A stretch of DNA of 64,000 bases from Fimbriimonadia bacterium (GTDB taxonomy: Bacteria; Armatimonadota; Fimbriimonadia; Fimbriimonadales; JABRVX01). Every line of letters begins with the position of its first letter. Positions within the stretch are counted from its first letter, which is position 1. The notes below the pieces were generated by a model. It saw only the letters and a program-made list of their open reading frames with translations, was not told the origin of the DNA and did not search any database. Both the position numbers and the translations under genes were made by a program. Shown one piece after another: positions 50,395 through 59,179 of the stretch. The stretch is from NCBI GenBank assembly GCA_041483895.1, contig JBGPGO010000017.1, positions 1 to 64,000 of the forward strand. The letters run 5' to 3'.

Positions 50395-51999
50395 GTGACG
50401 GAGACGCCTACAAGCGGCAGCGTGGCCCGGGCCTCGGGGCTCATGATCGCCGCGATCTTTCTTTCCCGCGTGCTCGGACAGGTGCGCGACACCGTCATCG
50501 CCTATAAGTTCGGACAGGGCGCGGACGCCGACATGTACCGCGCGGCGTTTACCCTCCCCGATCTGTTTTTCTTTCTGCTCGCGGGCGGCGCTCTCTCGTC
50601 GGCCTTTATCCCCGTCTTCTCCGAGTACCTGCACAACAAGAAAGAGGAGCAGGCATGGGAGCTGTTCAGCATCCTGTCCTCGGTTATGGGGCTGGCGGTG
50701 GTGGCCATCGTCATCGTCATGGCGGTGTTTGCCGTGCCATTGGTGCGACTCGCGTTCGCCTTTCCGGAGGCGCAGATCCAAGAGACGGCACAGCTCAGCC
50801 GCATCATCCTACCGGCTCAAATCGCGTTCCTGATCGGCGGTCTGATGTTCGGGACGTTCTACGCGCGGCACCTGTTCCTGATGCCCGCCCTTGCGCCGAA
50901 CATCTACAACATTGGCATCATCGCCGGCGCGCTGATCTTGACGCCGTTCGTCCACCCGCCGATTTCGGGTTTGGTGTGGGGCGCTCTGGCGGGAGCGTTT
51001 CTCGGCAGTCTGATCCTGCCCGGTTATGTGTTCTTCCGGACGGGCGGGCAGTTCCGGCCAAGCCTCCAACTCAAAAACGAGCAGGTAGTTCGGGTGTTCA
51101 AGCTGATGCTGCCGGTGATTCTGGGCCTTTCCCTGCCGGGCGTGTACGCGATCGTCGTTCGGTCCATGGCGTCGTGGTCGGAGGTGCCGGGGTCGGTGGC
51201 GGCCATCGAGAACGCCAACCGGCTTATGCAGGCGCCGCTCGGCATCTTCGGACAGGCGCTCGCGCTGGCGGTCTTCCCCAGCCTCTCGCTGTTCGCCGCG
51301 CGCAAGGAGATGGAGAACTTTTCAGGCACCCTCAATCGCAGCCTGCGCGCCGTGTTGTTCCTCACGATCCCTGCCGGGCTGTTCCTTGCGCTGTTTCCGG
51401 AGGAGCTGCTTCGAGTGCTGCTCCAGTACGGCAGGTTCCATCCGGAGGACACGGCCTACGCGGCGCAGGCACTTCGGATGTTCGCCATCGGGGTCCCTGC
51501 CTGGTCCGCGCAGGCGATTTTGATGCGGGGCTTTTTCGCACTGCAGGACACGATCACGCCCATTGTCCTCGGCACCATCACCACCCTGATCTTCCTGCCC
51601 CTGAGCTGGTTTCTGCTCAAGTCCCCGCTCGGTTACGCCGGCCTTGCTTTGGCGGTTTCCATCAGCGCGACGCTCCTTTTCGTCTCAATGGTGTTCGCCA
51701 TGCGGCGCAAGCAGGTGGACACGGAGTTCGGAAAGCTCGGTCGAATCATCATCGCCTCGCTCTTCGCATCGGGGGTGGCGGGAGGAATTGGTTGGCTTGC
51801 TTGGTGGGGCATCCACACTTTACTGGCCCACGTTCTGCGCCAACCGAATCTTCTGTCGGCGGCGGGAATTCTCGGGGCCTTCCTCTCCTTGTCGTCGGCC
51901 TATTTGCTGATGGGGAAGGTGCTAGGCATCGAGGAAACCAAGTACGCCACCAATATGATCGCCCGCCGGTTCGGGGCCGGCAAAAATAAAGTCATTTGA
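50395..51999 (+). CDS. murJ: Lipid II flippase MurJ
   Basis: SRVLGQVRD, AF.LPD, GALSSAFIP, ANRLMQAPLG and FFALQDT.TP motifs. Confidence 0.93.
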   Translation: MTETPTSGSVARASGLMIAAIFLSRVLGQVRDTVIAYKFGQGADADMYRAAFTLPDLFFFLLAGGALSSAFIPVFSEYLHNKKEEQAWELFSILSSVMGLAVVAIVIVMAVFAVPLVRLAFAFPEAQIQETAQLSRIILPAQIAFLIGGLMFGTFYARHLFLMPALAPNIYNIGIIAGALILTPFVHPPISGLVWGALAGAFLGSLILPGYVFFRTGGQFRPSLQLKNEQVVRVFKLMLPVILGLSLPGVYAIVVRSMASWSEVPGSVAAIENANRLMQAPLGIFGQALALAVFPSLSLFAARKEMENFSGTLNRSLRAVLFLTIPAGLFLALFPEELLRVLLQYGRFHPEDTAYAAQALRMFAIGVPAWSAQAILMRGFFALQDTITPIVLGTITTLIFLPLSWFLLKSPLGYAGLALAVSISATLLFVSMVFAMRRKQVDTEFGKLGRIIIASLFASGVAGGIGWLAWWGIHTLLAHVLRQPNLLSAAGILGAFLSLSSAYLLMGKVLGIEETKYATNMIARRFGAGKNKVI

Positions 52000-52048
52000 C
52001 GGATCGGCAAATGCTTGATACAATGCGGTGGGAGGATGAATTCATCTT

Positions 52049-53065
52049 ATGAGATATTTACCGGTCCTTGCACTCGTTTTGCCGGCCCTCGCGGCGGCGC
52101 AATACAATTTGGACAGCTCCAAGTGGAGCCAAGGCGGCCTCGTGGACGCCCACTTCAGCAGCATCCTTTATAGCTTCGACCAACTAGACTATCCGGTCGC
52201 CATTGACTGTTCCCAATCGATCCCGTTTGGCGAGGATGGGAACGCTTCAACGCTCAGCATGACCATTGACGTCGGCGCTTTGAGCGGCGGGCAGATCAAC
52301 TACATCGCCACCGCCACAGGGTCCCTCAATACGGCCACCGGCGTGTTCACCACCTCGGTCAACCAGACGGGTCTCAATGTCCCATTCACCGTTAACGTAA
52401 ATGGGACGAACTACAACCTGGTGATGACCAGTGTCGCTGTCACGATGAACGGCACGGTGTCTGGGAGCAATAGCTGTTTCATTGGCAACTCGTGGCGAAA
52501 TCCTGGAAGTCTTCTTACCAGTGACTCGGTTACTTCCAAGGCGACGATCAAAGGGTATTTCGACGTCATATTCCATCCGACTTGGACTTTCACAGCCGAG
52601 AACTTTCGGGTTACTTCTGAACTGTGCGATTGTCCGGGGGTCACGATCGGCGGGACCATCGAGCTGCAGAACATCAGCTGTCCGCCCACAGGTCAGCAGG
52701 TAGAGGTGATCGTGCGGAATGGCACCACATCGGAGACCTCCACGGCGACGCTGGATTCCGGAGGCGGCTATTCTGTGACTACGCACATTGCGGGTCCGGT
52801 CACGGTATTGGCGAAAGGCTCCCATTGGCTGCGCGCGAAAACCACGGCCAATACGTCCGGAGGAAACGTCACGGGCGCCGATCTGTCCCTGATCAACGGG
52901 GATGTCGATGGAGACAATTTGATCGGCCTGCCGGACCTCAACGCCATCTTCATCGCTTTCGGGTCGACCGACGGCGGACCGGAAGATCTGGACTGCTCGG
53001 GCCAGGTCGGAGTTGATGACATGAACATTGTGTTCATCGGCTTTGGGACGCTCGGCGAAAACTAG
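52049..53065 (+). CDS. Secreted protein with dockerin-like EF-hand C-terminus
   Basis: Signal peptide, KGSHWLR, NGDVDGDNLIGLPDLN...DLDCSGQVGVDD. Confidence 0.8.
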   Translation: MRYLPVLALVLPALAAAQYNLDSSKWSQGGLVDAHFSSILYSFDQLDYPVAIDCSQSIPFGEDGNASTLSMTIDVGALSGGQINYIATATGSLNTATGVFTTSVNQTGLNVPFTVNVNGTNYNLVMTSVAVTMNGTVSGSNSCFIGNSWRNPGSLLTSDSVTSKATIKGYFDVIFHPTWTFTAENFRVTSELCDCPGVTIGGTIELQNISCPPTGQQVEVIVRNGTTSETSTATLDSGGGYSVTTHIAGPVTVLAKGSHWLRAKTTANTSGGNVTGADLSLINGDVDGDNLIGLPDLNAIFIAFGSTDGGPEDLDCSGQVGVDDMNIVFIGFGTLGEN

Positions 53066-53113
53066 GTCCTTTCTCGGCACTGCTGAGAGGGGGATTGGTC
53101 AAAATTAGTACCT

Positions 53114-53147
53114 GTTAGCCCATCGACTAAATTTAGCCGATGGGCTA
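53114..53147. repeat. Near-perfect 34-bp palindrome (REP-like) at the boundary of the phage-like cluster
   Basis: ttagcccatcgactaaa-tttagccgatgggctaa. Confidence 0.7.
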
Positions 53148-53243
53148 AATATTGATCAAGGCTCTGTCTGGCCCGTCTTCCAGACGATTCAAGGTCGGCG
53201 AACACGGCCCCTAGTCCATTCGCCCTAAATGCCTCGGTGTGTG

Positions 53244-53280
53244 TTGACTAAAATAGACAACATAGGTAGAATATCGTCTA
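53244..53280 (+). promoter_or_regulatory. Sigma70 promoter with overlapping inverted repeat
   Basis: TTGACT-17-TAGAAT; TAGACAACAT...ATATCGTCTA straddles the -10 box. Confidence 0.7.
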
Positions 53281-53309
53281 CTAATCAGGCACATAGGGCG
53301 GAGGCGGCG

Positions 53310-53552
53310 ATGACATTCAGTTGCAGCGCGTGCGGGGCCGAGCATCTGGCGGCGGGAGAGCACTGCGAACCGTGCGACCGGTTTATTGGGGCGCTCGAAG
53401 GGCTGCTCGACCAATATGAGGACCCGCTGCCGGCGCTCAAACAGTTCTGCCAGGACGAATTCGATTGGGTGGTTTTCGACGGCGAAGAGGAGTACGAACA
53501 GGACTGCGTGGACCGCATGCGCGATCTGCGGGATGAGGGAATCGGCTTATGA
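53310..53552 (+). CDS. Small Zn-finger-like acidic protein
   Basis: CSAC...CEPC; GGAGG RBS; first gene after the promoter. Confidence 0.65.
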   Translation: MTFSCSACGAEHLAAGEHCEPCDRFIGALEGLLDQYEDPLPALKQFCQDEFDWVVFDGEEEYEQDCVDRMRDLRDEGIGL

Positions 53553-53884
53553 GGCAGGCTGCGAAGCAGGGGGTGGATGGCGCCAAGACCAAGGCGGCTG
53601 GTCGGCGTCGTGTCGCGGCCAAGGCGGAGGAAACGCAGGCGCTCTCTTTGGAATCTGCATTCCTCCGAGTGTCTGAGCGGCGAGGAACGACCCCGAGTGA
53701 GCTGTTCACGAGCGTGATTGACTCGGGGCTCGTCGCCCAGGCGGAAAACGGGCATGGCTGGGCGGTGAAGATGCTCCTGGATGGCCTGTGCGGCGACGGG
53801 GTCAGCGCGGATCCCGACCCACCACTCAGCCCGGCCGCGGGACTGCGGATCTACGAGATTGTGCGGGAAGAGAAAGGGGAATGA
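53549..53884 (+). CDS. Probable terminase small subunit
   Basis: Position before TerL, ATGA coupling at both ends, AQAENGHGWAVKMLLD. Confidence 0.5.
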   Translation: MRQAAKQGVDGAKTKAAGRRRVAAKAEETQALSLESAFLRVSERRGTTPSELFTSVIDSGLVAQAENGHGWAVKMLLDGLCGDGVSADPDPPLSPAAGLRIYEIVREEKGE

Positions 53885-55350
53885 TAGGCCCCCACCCTAG
53901 CCCTCCCCCGCAAGCGGGGGAGGGGATTTCTTGTGACGGCCTCTCGTCGAGAGGTGGGTCGCGCAAGAAGGCTTTGGCATCCATGACAACGGTGGAAGCG
54001 ACACGATTGTCGGCTGCCAGCTCTCTTGCGGCCTACGCCGAAATCGTTCACGGCCTCTCGGCTGCGCCGCATCATCGCGAGTGGATCGAGGCGCTGGAAG
54101 ATCCGGATCGCAAACGGATTTTGATCACCGCGCCGCCGGGGCATGGTAAATCAACCTGGGTGGCCGTCATCTATCCGGCCTGGCGTCTCGCGAGGAATCC
54201 GGCGGAGCACATCGTGCTGACGTCCGTCACGGATAACCAGGCCGAGGACCGGGCGAGCGCCGTCGGCTCCGTTGTGCTGTCAAAAGAGTATCGCCGTCTA
54301 TTTCCTCATGTGCGGCAAGGCAAGAGATGGACGCGCGGGGATTGGGAGCTCGCGAGATCGCAGGTGGACGACAAAGACGCCACGATGTTCGCCTGCGGCG
54401 TGGGGAGCTCTTCGCTGATTGGCAGACGGGCGGATTGCATACTTATTGATGATCCGATGTCGGAAGAGACCGCGCGCAGCGCGATTGGCCGCGAGGCGCT
54501 TGCGACATGGTTTCGCCGCACGCTGCTGACCCGCGCCGCGGGCGACGCGAAGATCGTCTGCATCATGACCCGATGGCATCAGGACGACTTGGCGCCGGTT
54601 CTGATCGAGGCCGGATTCGAACATATCCGAATGCCGGCGGAAGATTACTGGTCGCCGGGCGGGGCTCTATGGCCAGAACTGTACCCACCCGAATTTCTGC
54701 TCGAAAGAAAACGGGACATGGGGACTGCGCTATACAACTGCATGTATCTTGGCGACCCGTCGGGATTGGAAGGCAGGCTGTTCCGTCGAGAATGGTTTGA
54801 GATCGTGCGGGCCGCGCCGGCGATCACGCACGTTGTGAGCGGATGGGACCTCGCGGCCAGCACGCGAAACGAGTCGGATTATTCGGTGAAGACGACTCTC
54901 GGTCTCGGGATCGATGGGAGCGCCTATGTGCTCGGCGTTTGGCGAGAGCGGAGGGAGTTTCCTGTCATCCGCCGAGAGATTGCGTCACAGGGGGTTTTGG
55001 ACTCCGTTGCCGCGGTCGGCATCGAAACCAACGCGTTTCAGTTGGCGGCGGTGCAGATGCTCAAAGAGGACCAACTGCCGTTTCCGATACTGCCAATCTC
55101 CGCCGACAAAGACAAGGTGAGTCGCGCTTTGGAATGGATTGCCGCTGCGGAGGCGGGACGGATCAAACTGGTCTCCGGCGGATGGAATGACGCCTGGCTT
55201 TCGGAAATAACCGGCTTTCCCGATTCGCCGCACGATGATCAGGTGGACAGTTTCGGCGTGGCATGGCGGGTTGCGAATCGATTCCGTGGAAGTCGGCGGG
55301 GACTGTTGGCGGGCGAAGAGCGGCTTGCGTCCGCATCGATGGATTGGTAA
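53881..55350 (+). CDS. terL: Terminase large subunit (family B repeat in N-terminus)
   Basis: APPGHGKST, GRRAD.ILIDDP, MTRWHQDDL, WDLA and HDDQVD motifs. Confidence 0.92.
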   Translation: MIGPHPSPPPQAGEGISCDGLSSRGGSRKKALASMTTVEATRLSAASSLAAYAEIVHGLSAAPHHREWIEALEDPDRKRILITAPPGHGKSTWVAVIYPAWRLARNPAEHIVLTSVTDNQAEDRASAVGSVVLSKEYRRLFPHVRQGKRWTRGDWELARSQVDDKDATMFACGVGSSSLIGRRADCILIDDPMSEETARSAIGREALATWFRRTLLTRAAGDAKIVCIMTRWHQDDLAPVLIEAGFEHIRMPAEDYWSPGGALWPELYPPEFLLERKRDMGTALYNCMYLGDPSGLEGRLFRREWFEIVRAAPAITHVVSGWDLAASTRNESDYSVKTTLGLGIDGSAYVLGVWRERREFPVIRREIASQGVLDSVAAVGIETNAFQLAAVQMLKEDQLPFPILPISADKDKVSRALEWIAAAEAGRIKLVSGGWNDAWLSEITGFPDSPHDDQVDSFGVAWRVANRFRGSRRGLLAGEERLASASMDW

Positions 55351-55359
55351 GGGGGAATT

Positions 55360-56565
55360 ATGGCTGGGAATGGTGGGTTGTTCAAAGAGCGGGCGCCGTC
55401 GTTTTCGAGCGGAGTCTTGGCATCCGCCCGGTATCCGATCGGCAGCGGTGGGGAGCCGATTGTCGGCTATGATGAACTGCGCCGGCGATGGTCGGTGTTG
55501 CGCAAAATCGAACGGGATCCGGTGGTTTCCGCCGCGCTGGCGTTTAAGAAATGGCTGCCGGTAGGGGACGGTTGGCGGGTCTATTCGGCGGACGACAGTC
55601 CGGAGGCCGTCAAACAGGCGGAATTCGTCCGGTGGTGCTTCGCGCAGATGGAGGGGACGGTCGAGGAGCTGATCTCGAATGTGCTCGATGCCGTTGCGGT
55701 GGGCTTTAGCGTTGTGGAAAAGGTGTACCGGATCGTCGACCGGGGAGAATACGCGGGTTTTCTCGCGCCGGTCCGGTTCGTTCCGAAAGACCCTTCCACA
55801 ATCGGATTCGAGCTGGGCGCCAGCGGGCAAGTGGAAGCGATCACATTTACGGTTCCGGGTAGAGCGAATGCCGAGCCTCTGCCGCCCGAAAAGTTCATTC
55901 ATTTTGTGTACGAAGGAAAATATCGAAGTCCGTACGGATGCGGCGATCTGGTGAAAGCCTACCGCTCGTGGTGGTCGAAGGACAATGCGCTACGCTGGTG
56001 GGCGATGTTCGTCGAAAAGTATGGCGTTGTTCCCCGAATCGGAAAATATGAAGACGGCGCAAGCCAGGAGTTTCAGCAAGAGCTGCTGGACCAACTGAAG
56101 GTCTCCGCGGCGAACACGGAATTTGTCGTGCCCAAGTCAGTCGAGCTGGAGCTTTTGCAGCCGGACGGAGATGGCCAGGCATTCGAGCGTTTTGTAACAT
56201 ATCACGACAAAGAGCTTGCCAAAGCGATTCTGGGAAACACGCTTCTCGTGGATGAGGGACAGCGGGTTGGCAGCATGGCGCTCGGGAAAGTGCACTTGGA
56301 GGTGCTCCGGGCGCAATTGCGAAAACTGAAGCGCATATTGGAAGACCGGGTTATGGGCGAACAGATCATTCGCCAGATTATCGATATCAATTACACCGCA
56401 ACCGACCGATATCCCAGATTCGTGCTGCCGGATGCCCGCAAAGAGGAGCTGACGGAGCTGGCGAAAGCCATCGCGCTGATGGTAGACAAAGGAATAGTAG
56501 AACCGACCGAACCCTGGGTGCGGGAATGTCTCGGATTTCCCAAGCAGGAGGAGTATGCATCCTAA
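55360..56565 (+). CDS. Portal protein, Mu gp29/DUF935-like
   Basis: W.MFVEKYG.P.RIGKY, DKELAKAILGNTL and GSMALGKVH motifs. Confidence 0.88.
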   Translation: MAGNGGLFKERAPSFSSGVLASARYPIGSGGEPIVGYDELRRRWSVLRKIERDPVVSAALAFKKWLPVGDGWRVYSADDSPEAVKQAEFVRWCFAQMEGTVEELISNVLDAVAVGFSVVEKVYRIVDRGEYAGFLAPVRFVPKDPSTIGFELGASGQVEAITFTVPGRANAEPLPPEKFIHFVYEGKYRSPYGCGDLVKAYRSWWSKDNALRWWAMFVEKYGVVPRIGKYEDGASQEFQQELLDQLKVSAANTEFVVPKSVELELLQPDGDGQAFERFVTYHDKELAKAILGNTLLVDEGQRVGSMALGKVHLEVLRAQLRKLKRILEDRVMGEQIIRQIIDINYTATDRYPRFVLPDARKEELTELAKAIALMVDKGIVEPTEPWVRECLGFPKQEEYAS

Positions 56566-56785
56566 CATGACACGTCTGCAGAACGCCATCGAAATGATTC
56601 GTTTCGGCAAAATCACGGAGATACACATCGCCGACGGAATACCGCTGCGATTCAGAGTTGAACAGATGATTGATCTGAGCCGTGACGAATCGGTTGCCGC
56701 GCTGGATCAAGACGGTATCGTGCCCAAGAGAAAAGCCGGTCCGCAATTGGACCGGCTGACTCGTAAAGCAAGATTAGCAGGTTAA
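56555..56785 (+). CDS. Small protein resembling DUF2292 (YezD/OscA)
   Basis: AIEMIRFGKITEIHIADGIP; GGAGG RBS. Confidence 0.5.
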   Translation: MHPNMTRLQNAIEMIRFGKITEIHIADGIPLRFRVEQMIDLSRDESVAALDQDGIVPKRKAGPQLDRLTRKARLAG

Positions 56786-57264
56786 TTCTTGCAAAGGATC
56801 TTGATGTTGCCACTGGCCACATACCCGACACGCAGATGATAGAGCGTACCGTGTGCGACATCGCCGACAACCAATGCAATCAGATCGATGCTAAAAATGT
56901 TGTCGGTGATAACGGCTGCCATCTGAGCAGGCTTGCCATTGTAGATCACCTCGGCGACGAATGCGGCGGCGGCAAAGTTCCACGCCTGGGCGCAAACGAA
57001 CTTGCCGAACCGAGTGACCCGCACGTCTATGCGGACAGGGCTAAGTGTCGCCGCGCGCATTTTACCAGCGACCGGCCAGAATTCCACATAGTGGAAACGG
57101 CCAAAGCCAATGCCATTATTTACGCCGGCAACCCAAAAATCGGCAGCCGCCTGTTTGCCGTCGGAAGTCCAGATGCCTGGCGACCCATAGGCAATCATGC
57201 TATCGGCAAACGCAGCGCCAACTGCCGAAACGGCTACAACGGCAGCGATCAAAGTTCTTTTCAT
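56782..57264 (-). CDS. Secreted hypothetical protein inserted antisense in the cluster
   Basis: AAGGAG RBS, signal MKRTLIAAVVAVSAVGAAFA. Confidence 0.7.
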   Translation of the reverse strand: MKRTLIAAVVAVSAVGAAFADSMIAYGSPGIWTSDGKQAAADFWVAGVNNGIGFGRFHYVEFWPVAGKMRAATLSPVRIDVRVTRFGKFVCAQAWNFAAAAFVAEVIYNGKPAQMAAVITDNIFSIDLIALVVGDVAHGTLYHLRVGYVASGNIKILCKN

Positions 57265-57522
57265 TATGATTCTCTCCTTCATGAATGAGATGGCCAAATG
57301 GCCACGAGCGGTTCGCGCAATCAACGCGTAATCCTAATAGTAACACAGTAGTACTTCTCGGTCAAGTTTTGCCAGGTGAGTTTTGTACATAATGGTAGTA
57401 GTACTTGTGGTAGTAGTACTGATAGTTGTTTTGACAGGAAGATCATGATCTGGCTTGCTTTACCAGATTTTCGGTGACTGTCCTTGGAGCGGGTCGGGAC
57501 CAAAGTCCTAAAGTTTCATTCT

Positions 57523-57545
57523 ACTAGACGCACGTCTGGTATACT
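57523..57545 (+). promoter_or_regulatory. Extended -10 promoter with palindrome, upstream of the head genes
   Basis: ACTAGACG-CA-CGTCTGGT overlapping TGG-TATACT. Confidence 0.55.
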
Positions 57546-57637
57546 GTTGTCAATAGGAACGCGGGATGGCTTCGGTTCGGCGGTAGACGTGTAGCGAAGC
57601 GGAAGAAGCGATTGGCAAAAGGCTGGCCCGACAAACG

Positions 57638-57683
57638 GGAGGTCTTCGGCGAGATTGGGCGCCGAGGGCCTCCTTATTTTTTT
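57638..57683 (+). terminator. Intrinsic terminator in the leader of the head operon
   Basis: 14-bp stem GGAGGTCTTCGGCG/CGCCGAGGGCCTCC plus TTATTTTTTT, ending 14 nt before ATG 57698. Confidence 0.8.
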
Positions 57684-57697
57684 GAAGGCGGGGTGGA

Positions 57698-58660
57698 ATG
57701 CGAGAAGTGATTAAACACGCAAAGCTGTTTGAGGCGGGAGTCTATGAGGACAAAGGGCTCGAAATGACGGAAGAGGACATTGACGAATTGATCGAGGCAT
57801 CGGGCCCAGTGCCGCTTACGATCGGGCATTTGGATCCGGAAACGGAGAACCCGCTGCGACTCGGTGTTGTGAGCGGCCTGTATCGGAAAGGCAAAGAGCT
57901 GTTTGGCGTGATCCGATTTGTGCCGGAAGCATGGGCGCTTGCGGTCAAGTCCGGCGCCCGTTGGCTGTCGATCTGCCTCGACATGCTGCGAAAGCGGCTA
58001 GTGGAGGTTTCGCTCGTTACGAATCCACGAGTCAGCGACGCGAAGGTGAAATTCGACTCGTCGGAACCGATCGAATTCACCGTTCCCTTTGACACGACGC
58101 TCGATGATCGCGCGTCCGTGGTGCGTCAATCGATTTACGATGCGTATGGTCCCGACGTGTGGGTTTCGGAAGTGTACGATGACAGTGCGATTGTTGAACG
58201 GGGCGGCGAGCTTTGGAAAGTTCCTTATCAGTTGAATGCGGACAATGTGGCTGTTCTTTCGAATCCGATACCTGTAGAACGCCAGTATGTCCCGACGAAA
58301 TTCAACGCCCAGGTCGTAGAGGCTTTGGGCCGGGAACGCGAGGCCTTTCGGCGAGTGCGACGCGATCGGATGGAAGAAACAATACTGCAGTGGAAGCGTG
58401 ACGGCAAGCTGCTGCCCGCCGGCGAGAAGACGGCGCGAAGGATCTTGTTCGGTCCCGCGGATGGCGCGGAGCTGTTTCAAAAGTTCCTAGATGATCAACC
58501 GGCGGGTCTTCTGTTGCGAGAGGTCGTTCCGTTTCATGGGGAGTCGCTCGACGGCCTCCCCGAACTGGATGCCTCGGAGGCCTCGTTCTGTGACCGATCG
58601 GGGATTCCTCTGGACGAGTACCGGCGCATGAAGGCGGGACCGCCAAAGAGAAGGCGCTGA
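57698..58660 (+). CDS. Mu gpI-like prohead protease/scaffold
   Basis: PLTIGH...LG.V..L...G.ELF, VSLVTNPRV; position in the cluster. Confidence 0.75.
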   Translation: MREVIKHAKLFEAGVYEDKGLEMTEEDIDELIEASGPVPLTIGHLDPETENPLRLGVVSGLYRKGKELFGVIRFVPEAWALAVKSGARWLSICLDMLRKRLVEVSLVTNPRVSDAKVKFDSSEPIEFTVPFDTTLDDRASVVRQSIYDAYGPDVWVSEVYDDSAIVERGGELWKVPYQLNADNVAVLSNPIPVERQYVPTKFNAQVVEALGREREAFRRVRRDRMEETILQWKRDGKLLPAGEKTARRILFGPADGAELFQKFLDDQPAGLLLREVVPFHGESLDGLPELDASEASFCDRSGIPLDEYRRMKAGPPKRRR

Positions 58661-58726
58661 AATCACGCGTCTTCGGCTCTGACGAATGAGAAGTCAACTT
58701 GAAGGTAGTTTCAGGAGGTGTGATCG

Positions 58727-59161
58727 TTGGCTGCATTGACAGCAGATTTGAATCATCCCATAAAGGATGGCGTGATCGTGAGCCAAAAGATGGCTGCGGT
58801 CAAGATTTACAAAGGCGCAATGGTGGGTATGGCGGATGAAACCACCGCAGGCGTACCTGACACAGGATACGTGACAAACCTGGCGACCGGCACAACCAAC
58901 GCGATGATATTTGTTGGTGTGGCGGAAGAGATGGTGGACAACTCCGGCGGCTCCGCCGGCGCGAAATCGATCAAAGTACGTCGGACCGGGAGATTCGTCT
59001 TTCCGAAAACCTCCGCGGTACAGGCGGACGTGAGTCGGGAGTTCTACGCGTCCTCGAATCAGGACCTAACAACAACGGCAACCAAGAATGCGAAGGTTGG
59101 CAAATGCACGGCATTGATCGACAGCAGCCACCTCGAAATCGCCATCAGCAACTACGCCTAA
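58727..59161 (+). CDS. Head decoration/cement protein (DUF2190-like)
   Basis: MAALTAD, KIYKGAMV, FVGVAEE.VDNSGG and VRRTGRF; GGAGG RBS. Confidence 0.7.
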   Translation: MAALTADLNHPIKDGVIVSQKMAAVKIYKGAMVGMADETTAGVPDTGYVTNLATGTTNAMIFVGVAEEMVDNSGGSAGAKSIKVRRTGRFVFPKTSAVQADVSREFYASSNQDLTTTATKNAKVGKCTALIDSSHLEIAISNYA

Positions 59162-59179
59162 GGAAAGGGGGACAGATTA

